Virus record (IMG/VR): IMGVR_UViG_3300029288_000100
Coordinates: 46,099 to 110,098 of that record
Length of the DNA: 64,000 nt
Direction: 5' to 3' (one strand)
Origin: a virus
Lineage: Duplodnaviria > Caudoviricetes
Made by a program: the position numbers and the translations under genes. Below the pieces are notes generated by a model. It saw nothing but the letters and a program-made list of their open reading frames with translations, did not search any database and had not been told where the DNA came from. Below are positions 54,479 through 62,741 of this stretch, piece by piece (the first letter of the stretch is position 1; each line of letters opens with the position of its first letter).

Positions 54479-55292
54479 CTAGCCTTTCGCAACTCTTAGA
54501 CTCTTGGGAATGTGCGCTGGCAAGCAATCCCAGAAGCTCAACCTGCCCTCTCGAGCCGATTGAAGGCTATCGTTTCGCAACCATTGCGCTCCAGGGACCT
54601 TTTTAGGGAAACCACCCCGCGGATCGGGGGCGGGTAAGGCACGGTCTGCGCACCCCCACCTACCTTGCCTACATGGCCGCACCCCCACCCCTCATGTACT
54701 ACATGGTAGGACATACACATGCCTCTGCTCGCCCCATCGCGGGCGAGTCCTCCCTGCCAGTGCGCGCCGCCCCCGGTCACCCAGGTCTGTGGAGTTCCAA
54801 GGCTTCGATGTCCGCTGTACACATGGGTTCCCTTGTGTACAGGGAAGGCTAGTGATTACTGAGGGATGACCCGGGAAGCGATGGACCCGGCAAGAGTGCG
54901 ACGCCCTCAGCACAGGGAGGTGGGCGGTCTACCTGGACGCCCAATATCATACATGTAGGACAACAAAGGTACTGCTATACCGAAATGCCCGGCGACCAAG
55001 GGGCGCGCAAGACACCCCGGGGAATAGAAGGGCAGTAAGAGCTGGCGGGAAGGAGCAGCAAGACGAAGGCAGGGGTCAGCTCAGGAATCCCAGGGAATTC
55101 AGCTTGCAGTGTGCCCTCTAACGTTTCGCAACCATTAGAGTTACAAGAACCCGAGCTTACGTCCCTGGCGGCATGCGACTGCGAGGAGATCCCATAGAGG
55201 ATATCTTCACATCGCGCCACTCGATCGATTCTCTCTTCGGGGGGCAAGCCCCCCGAACCCCCCGCCTTGCGCCAGCAATTACGAAAGGCTAG
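54479..55292. repeat. Non-coding leader with four copies of a 21-bp quasi-palindrome (fifth copy at 53274-53294) and several hairpins
   Basis: Copies at 54479-54499, 54567-54587, 55118-55138 and inverted at 55272-55292; core CGTTTCGCAACCATT exact in three places. Confidence 0.75.
55236..55257. terminator. Perfect 10-bp hairpin TTCGGGGGGC-AA-GCCCCCCGAA
   Basis: About 30 nt after the stop of the NDT-like gene; no U-tract, so terminator function is uncertain. Confidence 0.4.
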
Positions 55293-55822
55293 CGGAAGGG
55301 GTGGAGAAGCGCGAGCGGGAGCCTCCGAGAGTAGCCGCATGCAACCATCAGATTCACCTCAAGCTGTGTGCGGATCCCCTCGAGCGCCTCCCGCGTCACC
55401 GGGGCGACGTTCGTCTCCAGGGAGCGAAGCTGGGAGACAGCCTCCAAGACCCGGGCATGGAGATCGTCGTCCGTACTGGGCTGACGCTCTGTCTGGAGCC
55501 ACTCGGCGAGAGCAGCCAGTGTGGAGAACCTCGGGATCCCCAGGCGCCCAGCTTCCTCATACTCTCCTCGGGCGCCCCGGCTCTCCGTCCACCTCTCCAC
55601 GAGGAACACGGCATCGCACCGGCGCAGGAGCTCGAGCGTCGCGGCGTACCAGAAGTCCTCGTCCTGGATCCCGCTCAGGTGCTCCGTGCTCTTGTGCGGA
55701 CAGAGGGGGACAGCACCGAGCCTCGTCACCTCCGCGGAGGCTTCCTCCGCCCGCAGGACGTTCCGGTGTCGCTCCCAGTCGCTCCCGGCGGAGAACGGAC
55801 CCGCGATGTAGATGACCTTCAT
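55289..55822 (-). CDS. DUF4406/DUF1937-like (nucleoside deoxyribosyltransferase fold) protein
   Basis: VIYIAGPF, PLCPH, LLRRCDAV..W.ESRGARGE..A.RLGIP. Confidence 0.85.
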   Translation of the reverse strand: MKVIYIAGPFSAGSDWERHRNVLRAEEASAEVTRLGAVPLCPHKSTEHLSGIQDEDFWYAATLELLRRCDAVFLVERWTESRGARGEYEEAGRLGIPRFSTLAALAEWLQTERQPSTDDDLHARVLEAVSQLRSLETNVAPVTREALEGIRTQLEVNLMVACGYSRRLPLALLHPFR

Positions 55823-56181
55823 GTCGGTTCCTCCTTCACCAGAAGCCGGATACGCGGTCCGCCGGCACCGGGGAACATCTTCCTCGCCACATCGATCCGG
55901 TTACACGCGGCGCACAAGCCCTGTGGCTCGAAGTGCGGCGCATCGCAGTGGACGCAGACCCGCAGGTGCTCGCCGGCGGCTACCCGACGAATCGCCTCCG
56001 CGGCGCGGGCGACCGCGATGTCCAGCGTAGGGTCGTCAAACCATAAGACCTGATTCGGGAGCAGCCCGATGCCCACCTGGTACCGGAACTCGCCAAGGGA
56101 CGGAGCAAGGGTCCGGTGACAGCGCTCGATGCGGAAGAACTCCGGGTGCCTCAGGATCAACTCCAGGTCGTCCAGCATCAC
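55819..56181 (-). CDS. Hypothetical Zn-finger protein
   Basis: CVHC..CAAC; GGAGG RBS. Confidence 0.6.
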   Translation of the reverse strand: MMLDDLELILRHPEFFRIERCHRTLAPSLGEFRYQVGIGLLPNQVLWFDDPTLDIAVARAAEAIRRVAAGEHLRVCVHCDAPHFEPQGLCAACNRIDVARKMFPGAGGPRIRLLVKEEPT

Positions 56182-56402
56182 GACGTCTTCCTCCCGCTCG
56201 CTCGGTCTCGCCACCCCCACAGCGGGCAGTGCCGCGCCTCGCACCGCTCGATCCGCTCCTCCGGCGTGCCTGTCCAATCTGGGCCAGGGTGCAGCGGGCC
56301 CATGCACTCGAGGCAGCACAGGCGCATCGCGGCCAGCGGGTCCTCTGCGGAGCGGGCGGCCAACTCGGGGTAGGCGTCGGCGATGGTCCAACCTGTCACC
56401 AT
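56178..56402 (-). CDS. Small Cys-rich phage protein
   Basis: AMRLCCLECMG..IERC....CPLW motif common in phages. Confidence 0.65.
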   Translation of the reverse strand: MVTGWTIADAYPELAARSAEDPLAAMRLCCLECMGPLHPGPDWTGTPEERIERCEARHCPLWGWRDRASGRKTS

Positions 56403-56410
56403 CCGCTTCC

Positions 56411-56605
56411 CTATCTTTGGTATGCATCCCATTCTGCGAGCGCCTCGGCGGGGACCACATGGGGGCGCATCCTGATCGGTCGCCTCAACTCCCTCCGCTC
56501 GGTGACCTGCCGGTCCAACTCCAGTTCGCGCCGCTTCTCCTCCTCGACGCACTCTCGTTCGAGCTGGGCCATGTAGGACACCCAGGGATTGCAGATGAAG
56601 ATCAC
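56411..56605 (-). CDS. Hypothetical protein
   Basis: GTGA overlap; charged helix. Confidence 0.4.
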   Translation of the reverse strand: MIFICNPWVSYMAQLERECVEEEKRRELELDRQVTERRELRRPIRMRPHVVPAEALAEWDAYQR

Positions 56606-56925
56606 ATCCTCCTCCCAGTCGACGCGCTCAGCTTCTTGCGGGCGGGCCGGTGCGCCTTGTTCCACGCGCCCATCGCCTGAGAGACCGCAGCTTGCGGTGA
56701 CCGCGCCGTGCCTGTGCATCCCTCGACAACGGCCACCCAGCCGCGCTGACCATCCGCGTCGCCGTAGATTGTGTGCAGCGCGAGAGCCAGACGGCGCCTT
56801 GTTGCGCGATCCAGCAGCACGTCGAGACTGCCACGCGGATCGAGAGGGCGCGTGGCAGCAGTCCTGCGCGGGCGGAACAGCTCGCGGGCAGCTGCGTCGG
56901 CGATGACGGGGCCGGGGGCAGTCAT
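56602..56925 (-). CDS. Hypothetical protein
   Basis: ATGA overlap; A..AWN ending reminiscent of Lar-like proteins. Confidence 0.5.
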   Translation of the reverse strand: MTAPGPVIADAAARELFRPRRTAATRPLDPRGSLDVLLDRATRRRLALALHTIYGDADGQRGWVAVVEGCTGTARSPQAAVSQAMGAWNKAHRPARKKLSASTGRRM

Positions 56926-57779
56926 TGATCACCGGGAAGGTCCGGGCTGCGCTTGCCCTCCTCGATCAGATCGGGGCTCCCGACGTAGTGGCCGACCCAA
57001 CCTGTCTCGACGTAGGTGTGGGCGCAGCACTTCAGGCACACGAGGTAGCAACGCCCGTGCGTCAGGTCTGGCTGGCGGACCAGCACTCGGCCGCGGTCAT
57101 CAAGTAGCTGCGTCTCAAACACCATCGAGACCGGCTGCCACCTGTGCTTGCAGCGACGAGTGATGGCCGCCCACTCGGTGCCCTGCCTGTCCGCGCTCGG
57201 GCCGAACTTCGCTCGCTGCTCGGCCAGTGACGGCAGGCGACTGCGCTTCGCCATCACATCCTCCTCGAAGTCGGCGCGCTCGGTTGGGCCGCGTGGCTGC
57301 CCCCACTGCCGTCCGCATCCCTCACATGGGTGCGTGACGTGACTCATGCAACCCGGGTGTGAACACGGCTCCCCTGGGCGATACTGGGCCGGGCCGCGAT
57401 CCGGGTGCTCCACGTGGCACTCACACTCGCCATCACCCCAACGCTGCCGAGCGAGACAGTGGGACGTGTGATCCTCCTCGTTCGGCTGGGCCGGGCCGCG
57501 GGCGAGCGCAAGGATCATCTTTAGCGCCCGCACCGCATCGCGGTTGGTCCTGGCGCTGCGCTGTGACCATGGCCGGTCCTCAAGCACAGCGATCATCTCT
57601 TGCGGCGACAGGCCGCCGCAGCAGGCCAGCGTCTCGAGGTCTTGGTCGTGGTTCCGCAGCGCCTGCGGCTCGTGCGGAGCGAGCAGGGCCCACGGCACCG
57701 CGCGAGGGCATTCCATCTGCTCCGACTCACGTCGCGTGCGAGTGTCGAACAGCACCGGAAATGTTCTGTCGCAGCTCAT
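56922..57779 (-). CDS. Multi-module Cys/His-rich phage protein
   Basis: PHEPQALRNHDQDLETLA..GGLS..E domain, PCSHPGCMSHVTHPCEGCGR, CKHRW..CLKC. Confidence 0.65.
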   Translation of the reverse strand: MSCDRTFPVLFDTRTRRESEQMECPRAVPWALLAPHEPQALRNHDQDLETLACCGGLSPQEMIAVLEDRPWSQRSARTNRDAVRALKMILALARGPAQPNEEDHTSHCLARQRWGDGECECHVEHPDRGPAQYRPGEPCSHPGCMSHVTHPCEGCGRQWGQPRGPTERADFEEDVMAKRSRLPSLAEQRAKFGPSADRQGTEWAAITRRCKHRWQPVSMVFETQLLDDRGRVLVRQPDLTHGRCYLVCLKCCAHTYVETGWVGHYVGSPDLIEEGKRSPDLPGDQ

Positions 57780-57823
57780 CGTTTCGCCTTCCCAGGTGAG
57801 ATACCCAGCGCTTCGGCGGCGAC

Positions 57824-58405
57824 TCAGGTGGCCCGCTCGAATGCTCTGCTACCGTAGCCGCCGTCCCGCATAGCCTGCAGGATACGCTTCCACGAGATGG
57901 TCTTGCGCCACTCCGGGACACACACGACGAAGGGCATCGATACGGGACCCGCAAGCCTCCCACCAAACGCCTCGCGGATCTTGATCGAGGCGGACCCATC
58001 ATCATTGAAATCGAGGCCGCCGAAGCGATACGCCCACTCGCCACCTCGCCGGAACGCGAGCAACACGCGCTCGTAGAACTGGCGCTCCTTACCTGCCAAC
58101 AGCGCGTAGCGGTCGATTCCGCGGATGACGTAGAACCGTTCGTTGCTGACCCGGCACGTACGCTTGCCGCCGAGCTCGCGGATCACGCAGTCACTCTCGT
58201 CGTTGACCTGGACGACAAAACCGATCAGCCAGTCATGGAGGGAGAACCTGCCACTAGACACGCACGAGACAAGCGCTCCGGGGACCAGGTCCTCCTTCTT
58301 CCAGCTCACCCAGGCGCCAAGCCTCTTCTCGTCAGGGATCTCCTTGTAGTCAGGGAATGCCAGCGAGTTGGCAATCGTCAGGAGCATGCGTTCCTTGTCT
58401 GTCAT
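57824..58405 (-). CDS. Hypothetical phage protein
   Basis: ATGA overlap, GGGGAG RBS. Confidence 0.7.
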   Translation of the reverse strand: MTDKERMLLTIANSLAFPDYKEIPDEKRLGAWVSWKKEDLVPGALVSCVSSGRFSLHDWLIGFVVQVNDESDCVIRELGGKRTCRVSNERFYVIRGIDRYALLAGKERQFYERVLLAFRRGGEWAYRFGGLDFNDDGSASIKIREAFGGRLAGPVSMPFVVCVPEWRKTISWKRILQAMRDGGYGSRAFERAT

Positions 58406-58737
58406 GCGACTCCCCGCTTCCCCTGAGGTCGCCACTCGCGGCGGACACGGCTGAACAGGCTGGGCCTCCGGATGCGCGCCGGGGAGGTGCTCCGCTCGAC
58501 CGGGGAGCTCGAGCGCTGTGAGGGCCTGGTCAGGCACCTGGGGACGCGAGTCGGCAGGGTGCCAAGCCAACCCCACGCCACAGGACCCCAGCGCAACGGG
58601 GCCACATCAGTGATCTCGGCTGATACCTCCCAAGCGTCACTCAAGGTCGGGAGCGAGAACCCAGCCATCAGCCGCTTGAACTCCTGCAGTGAAAGGTCGA
58701 ACGCAGTGTGGGCTCTTAGGATCACGTCGGTGTTCAC
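58402..58737 (-). CDS. Hypothetical protein
   Basis: Coupled overlaps. Confidence 0.5.
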   Translation of the reverse strand: MNTDVILRAHTAFDLSLQEFKRLMAGFSLPTLSDAWEVSAEITDVAPLRWGPVAWGWLGTLPTRVPRCLTRPSQRSSSPVERSTSPARIRRPSLFSRVRREWRPQGKRGVA

Positions 58738-59198
58738 GCCTCACCTCTTCCCAGCAGCCGGCGCCAGATGCGCGCGACCCGAGGCCACCACCTCGTGCTC
58801 CCGGCGTTGTAGAGTGCCCAGGGTGACCTCCGGCAGGCGCGCAGGTGGGGACGCTTGTCGCTCAGGCAGCGGCGCTCAGAGCGCGCGAGCAGTGAGGCGG
58901 AGCGGTCCAGGTTCACCGAGAGTAGGAGCAGCCGGCGCACCCGCTCCTGTTCGCACATCGGGACATGCACCTGCCCGGCGCCAGTATCACAGCCGAGTCT
59001 GTTCTTCCCGGTCCAGCGCACCACCAGGTTCCGCCTCCCGCCGCTCTCAGCGAGAACGACAGCGAGGAGCAGCCCCAGCGGCAGGTGGTGCCGCTCCTCC
59101 GCGGCGCGCGCAACGGCGACAAGCTCCCGAACCTCGCGCTCGGGAACGAGGCGCTCCGGCGCCGCCAGGAAGGACAGGACGAGCAGAGTCTCGGTCAT
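58734..59198 (-). CDS. Lytic transglycosylase (SLT domain)
   Basis: LLLAVVLAESGG catalytic Glu, GAGQV, YNAG motifs; N-terminal hydrophobic stretch. Confidence 0.8.
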   Translation of the reverse strand: MTETLLVLSFLAAPERLVPEREVRELVAVARAAEERHHLPLGLLLAVVLAESGGRRNLVVRWTGKNRLGCDTGAGQVHVPMCEQERVRRLLLLSVNLDRSASLLARSERRCLSDKRPHLRACRRSPWALYNAGSTRWWPRVARIWRRLLGRGEA

Positions 59199-59719
59199 AT
59201 GGACTCGGACAACGGCGGGTACAGAATGTCGTGCTTGGCGCGCACGCCACGCGCCTCACGGTCCGCCGCGGCGGCCGCCTGCTGCGCGAGCTCGACCCGG
59301 CGCGCCTCGATGCGGCGGGTGAGGCGTTGATGCTCGTTGAACTTGCGTCGGCTCTGACCGTCATGCGCCTTCCGCAGGCGCTCACGCCACTCCACACGGT
59401 ACTGGGCGATGACCTGTTCGATCACCGGGATTCCCTCGTCGTCCGCGAGCCATGCGGCCTCGGACCCGATGACCCGGTCAAGCTGCGCCTGCAGCTCTGC
59501 GATCTGCTCGCGGATCTCCTGCGCCTCCGCCGCCATATCCTCGGCGCAGGCCAGGTTCATCGCGCGGTGCTCCTCGGCGACAGCGAGCGCCGCCCGGTGC
59601 TCCGCGAGCTCAACGTCCCGCGTCGCGCGCAGCCCGCGGATCTCCTCCAGCTTGCCCGCGAGCCAGCCAGCGAGCTTGGCCTGCTTCTCCTCGAGCCGCT
59701 TCAGTCCGATGTTGGGCAT
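59195..59719 (-). CDS. Coiled-coil protein
   Basis: Long A/E/R-rich helix. Confidence 0.7.
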   Translation of the reverse strand: MPNIGLKRLEEKQAKLAGWLAGKLEEIRGLRATRDVELAEHRAALAVAEEHRAMNLACAEDMAAEAQEIREQIAELQAQLDRVIGSEAAWLADDEGIPVIEQVIAQYRVEWRERLRKAHDGQSRRKFNEHQRLTRRIEARRVELAQQAAAAADREARGVRAKHDILYPPLSESI

Positions 59720-59733
59720 GATTCAAGTCCCGC

Positions 59734-60192
59734 TCATCGACCCGCAGGCAGCAGCGTGAGCGGGAGGTCGTCCACGGTCGGCGAGCGGTAGTCCCGCGCC
59801 GGCGACGACGCCGGGGAAGTGCCCTTGCCCTGCAGCGCCGCGAGGAACGCGCGCAAGTCCTGCCACGCAGCCTCCGCCGGGGCCAGCAGCTTCACGAGGT
59901 CGAAACCGCTCCGCTGGCCCTCGGCCAAGATGATCCCATCCAGGGCGAGCTGCAGACCCGCGACCACCGCCGCCCGGATCTTGAGGTAGGTCTGACGCGC
60001 GCTCGCCGCCCGCTCGGGCGACATGAAGCCGGCCACGATCTCGAACAGCCCGTCCGCGCCAACGAGCGCGAGCTGCGCCCCCTGCACCGTGGTGTGCGCG
60101 ACCGCGAAGCCATCCGGGAGATTCTGCGGACCGAACGTCTTGCACGAGGACAGGAGCGTGAGGGTGGTGAGCAACAGGATCAGCTTCTTCAT
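59734..60192 (-). CDS. Putative lipoprotein
   Basis: MKKLILLLTTLTLLSSC lipobox; GAGGAGG RBS. Confidence 0.75.
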   Translation of the reverse strand: MKKLILLLTTLTLLSSCKTFGPQNLPDGFAVAHTTVQGAQLALVGADGLFEIVAGFMSPERAASARQTYLKIRAAVVAGLQLALDGIILAEGQRSGFDLVKLLAPAEAAWQDLRAFLAALQGKGTSPASSPARDYRSPTVDDLPLTLLPAGR

Positions 60193-60262
60193 GGCGACAC
60201 AACCTCCTCTTGGGTGTCTCGGATATCCCGGATGAGCGAAGATAGATTTGCGGGGAAGGTCG

Positions 60263-61033
60263 CTAGTCCTGCCCCAGCACCCAGCGAAGCGCGGACTTGT
60301 AGTCGTCCGAGAAACCGGCTTCACTCAGCCGCGCCTTGATCTGCTTCTTGCCTGGCGTCTTGGACTGGCCCGTTGCCGCTGCCACTGCCTTCGTCGCCAC
60401 CCGCCGGCGCCCATCCTTCTGCGCATCGGCCAACAGCGCCTCCAGCTTGTCGTTCTGCTCACCCCTCGGAAGGTTGGACAGCTTTGCCGCATCGGTCGAC
60501 GTGAGCTGCCCACGCTCGACAGCCTTGCGGACCGCCGGCGCGCACTGCAGCAGCTTCATCCACTGAGAGATGGTTTGCTTGGTCACCCCGAAGGCGATAG
60601 CTGCCTCTCCCTCTTTGCGCCCCATGGCGAGGTAGCGAGAGCACTTCTCCGCGCGGCCGAGCGGCGTGTCGTCCTGGCGGTTCTCGTTCGTCGAGATGAC
60701 CACGCCGAAGAGATCCGCGTCGGTACCGCGCCGGACAACCGCCGTGACGCGCACCGGCTCCTTGCCCTGCTCGCGCAGCCTGCGGTTGGCCTCGCGGGCG
60801 CACTTCACGCGCTGGCGACCGTCGACAACCACGGGCTGGTTCGCCTGCTTGGCGATAATGACGGGCTCGATCACGCCCTGGAACATGATGCTCAGGACCA
60901 TGGGCTCATCAAGCGGCAAGAGCACGCGCGGGTCATAGAGCGGATCATCAGGGTTCTCGATCAGAATCAGATCGGCAGGATCGAACGTCCATGCGTTGGT
61001 GCGGCTGTCAAATGCGGTCTTGGTGTCTTTCAT
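60263..61033 (-). CDS. ParB-like protein (ParB N domain plus HTH)
   Basis: GVIEPV, VVDGRQRV, NENRQD, AIAFGVTKQTISQW. Confidence 0.88.
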   Translation of the reverse strand: MKDTKTAFDSRTNAWTFDPADLILIENPDDPLYDPRVLLPLDEPMVLSIMFQGVIEPVIIAKQANQPVVVDGRQRVKCAREANRRLREQGKEPVRVTAVVRRGTDADLFGVVISTNENRQDDTPLGRAEKCSRYLAMGRKEGEAAIAFGVTKQTISQWMKLLQCAPAVRKAVERGQLTSTDAAKLSNLPRGEQNDKLEALLADAQKDGRRRVATKAVAAATGQSKTPGKKQIKARLSEAGFSDDYKSALRWVLGQD

Positions 61034-61782
61034 CTATCACCTCAGTTCGGCTATCCCGGATGAACGGAGCCCCAGCGGCCTTCTCCCAGACGTACTCCCG
61101 GCTCGAGCCCCGGGTAGTCCGCGCCTCCCGAAGCAGCCGGAACGGCAGCCAGCGGCAGTTCGGCCCGCCGCACGCGATCACCTGCGCAGCGCGCGAGCAA
61201 CACCAGGCGCCGAGGTCCTCGTGATCAACGTGCCGGAACCGACGGTAATGGTCGCCCTCTGGCCCCTCGTAGGGCGGGTCCACAAACATCGAGATGTCCG
61301 GACCATCAGGCGCCTCGTGGAAGTCCGCGCACCGCACACGCCACCCACGCAGTGCCAGGAGCTGGGACGCGATCCGCAGGCGAACAGCTTCGCCCCAGAA
61401 GCTCCCAGGCCAGCACCCTGTCCGAGCCCAAGCAGACGCGCTTCGCGCCGGGGAGCTCCGCGCCCGCGAGAGCCAAAAGCCGACGAGGTTGCGCGCCTCC
61501 AGCGGAACGAAGGAGGGAAGGTCCTCAACTGACCCGACGTCAATCGGCAGGCGCAGCACCTCGGAGGCGCGCACGTGCAGGAGGTAGTCCCAGACGCCCG
61601 CGACAACTGGATTGCGGTCAAGCAGGAGGACGGGGCGACCCCCCCCCCTGCCGGAGGGCGAAGCCAGCACTCCCCGCGAACGGCTCCACGAGCAGGCGTC
61701 CGGTGGGCTCAGGGTACGCACCCGCGATCCGCCACTTCGACCCGCGGTACGGGAAGAACGGACGAAGAACACGCTCACACAT
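61008..61782 (-). pseudogene. DNA adenine methyltransferase (Dam-like) frameshifted at a G10 tract
   Basis: FPYRGSK and EPFAGSAG in one frame, FVDPPY in another; the switch occurs at C10 (plus strand 61639-61648). Confidence 0.85.
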
Positions 61783-61787
61783 GTGCT

Positions 61788-62189
61788 CTAGAGCCAGCCG
61801 GGTTCCAACTCGAGGTGAAACTCGAGGCAGGGTTCCCCACGGCGCTCCATGATGCGACCTGTCCAAACTGGCGCCGCCGGATCACGCTCCACTTCACGCC
61901 CGGCGTCAAAGTGAAGGAGCCTCCCATCCGACAGGCGCACTTCCGCGCCCCAGAATGCGGCGTCGACCGGGTCCTCGAGCGACGCGGAGAACTTCAGCTC
62001 CCACCCGGCATCCGCGGAGCGCAGCCCGGGGCAGACAACGCGCGGGGGCGGCGCGCAGTCCCGGGTGTAGAGGGAAACCTGGTCCCTCACGTGGAGCGGA
62101 ACGTGGAACTCCAGTGTCCCGAAGCGCTCACGCGGCGGTTCACCACCGCATCCGAGGAGCAGGAGGGAAACCAGCAGAGTGAAACGCAC
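61788..62189 (-). CDS. Putative lipoprotein
   Basis: MRFTLLVSLLLLGC lipobox. Confidence 0.7.
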   Translation of the reverse strand: MRFTLLVSLLLLGCGGEPPRERFGTLEFHVPLHVRDQVSLYTRDCAPPPRVVCPGLRSADAGWELKFSASLEDPVDAAFWGAEVRLSDGRLLHFDAGREVERDPAAPVWTGRIMERRGEPCLEFHLELEPGWL

Positions 62190-62190
62190 G

Positions 62191-62406
62191 TCACACCATT
62201 CCCTTCTGTGTCGCCAACCAGACGGAGCAGACGAGCTTGCCGGGGTCCCCGCGCAGCAGCCCGCACCCGACGTACACCTCGCTGTCGTCGTCGATCTGCG
62301 AGTTCGGGATCCAGTGCTCAGTCCCGTCCAAGTCGACCAAGACCGCCTGGTCGGTCTCCGTCAGGTAGGTGACCTCGAACTCCTCAACCTCTCGATTTCG
62401 CGGCAT
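62191..62406 (-). CDS. Small conserved phage protein
   Basis: ETDQAVLV..EHWIPNSQI..WLA.QKG motif. Confidence 0.75.
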   Translation of the reverse strand: MPRNREVEEFEVTYLTETDQAVLVDLDGTEHWIPNSQIDDDSEVYVGCGLLRGDPGKLVCSVWLATQKGMV

Positions 62407-62447
62407 GCTGGTCAGTATCCATGCCGAGTCAGTTCAAGGATCAGGCG

Positions 62448-62741
62448 TCATGCGGCGATCCCCCGGTCCGCGTCTCGGACCCGCCGGCGCCCGGCCCGTG
62501 TGATGTGCCAGGTAACGTAGCGCCCGACGAAGGGACGCCCCTCCCGGACGCGGAGTCCACGGTGGGCGCGGCTCTCGACCAACCCCTCCCGGAGGAGAAC
62601 GCGGAGGTCGGAGTTCGCCATGCAGACGTCGTCCCGGATGAACCGCCGAACGTCATCCGTCAGGGCCCCATCCCCATCCTCCGGGAGCCCGGCGAGGTAG
62701 CGGAGGACCGCGAGGCGCCGGGTGCGGATCCGCTCCGTCAT
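62448..62741 (-). CDS. Small winged-helix-like protein
   Basis: LRVLLREGLVE..WHITRAGR; ATGA overlap with ligA. Confidence 0.6.
   Translation of the reverse strand: MTERIRTRRLAVLRYLAGLPEDGDGALTDDVRRFIRDDVCMANSDLRVLLREGLVESRAHRGLRVREGRPFVGRYVTWHITRAGRRRVRDADRGIAA

Larger units (their letters stand above)
1..62741 (-). mobile_element. Large myovirus-like phage/prophage region (probably extends beyond both window ends)
   Basis: Complete terminase-portal-head-neck-sheath-tube-tape measure-baseplate-fiber gene order plus many small coupled early genes; no integrase or att site visible. Confidence 0.93.

Noticed and set aside
54535-54567. Solitary CRISPR-like repeat ending ATTGAAGG
   Set aside because: Single occurrence without a convincing internal hairpin; cannot be supported without the host repeat sequence
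54649-54706. TIGR-like dual-repeat array
   Set aside because: Only two units and no Nop-domain protein in the window
54452-55288. Canonical CRISPR array next to the csf genes
   Set aside because: Repeats are only 15-21 bp, irregularly spaced (88 and 551 bp apart) and one is inverted; there is no repeat-spacer periodicity
54538-55340. Short ORFs in the csf leader (54538-54822, 54692-54913, 54975-55340)
   Set aside because: No RBS or coupling, atypical codon usage, low-complexity translations
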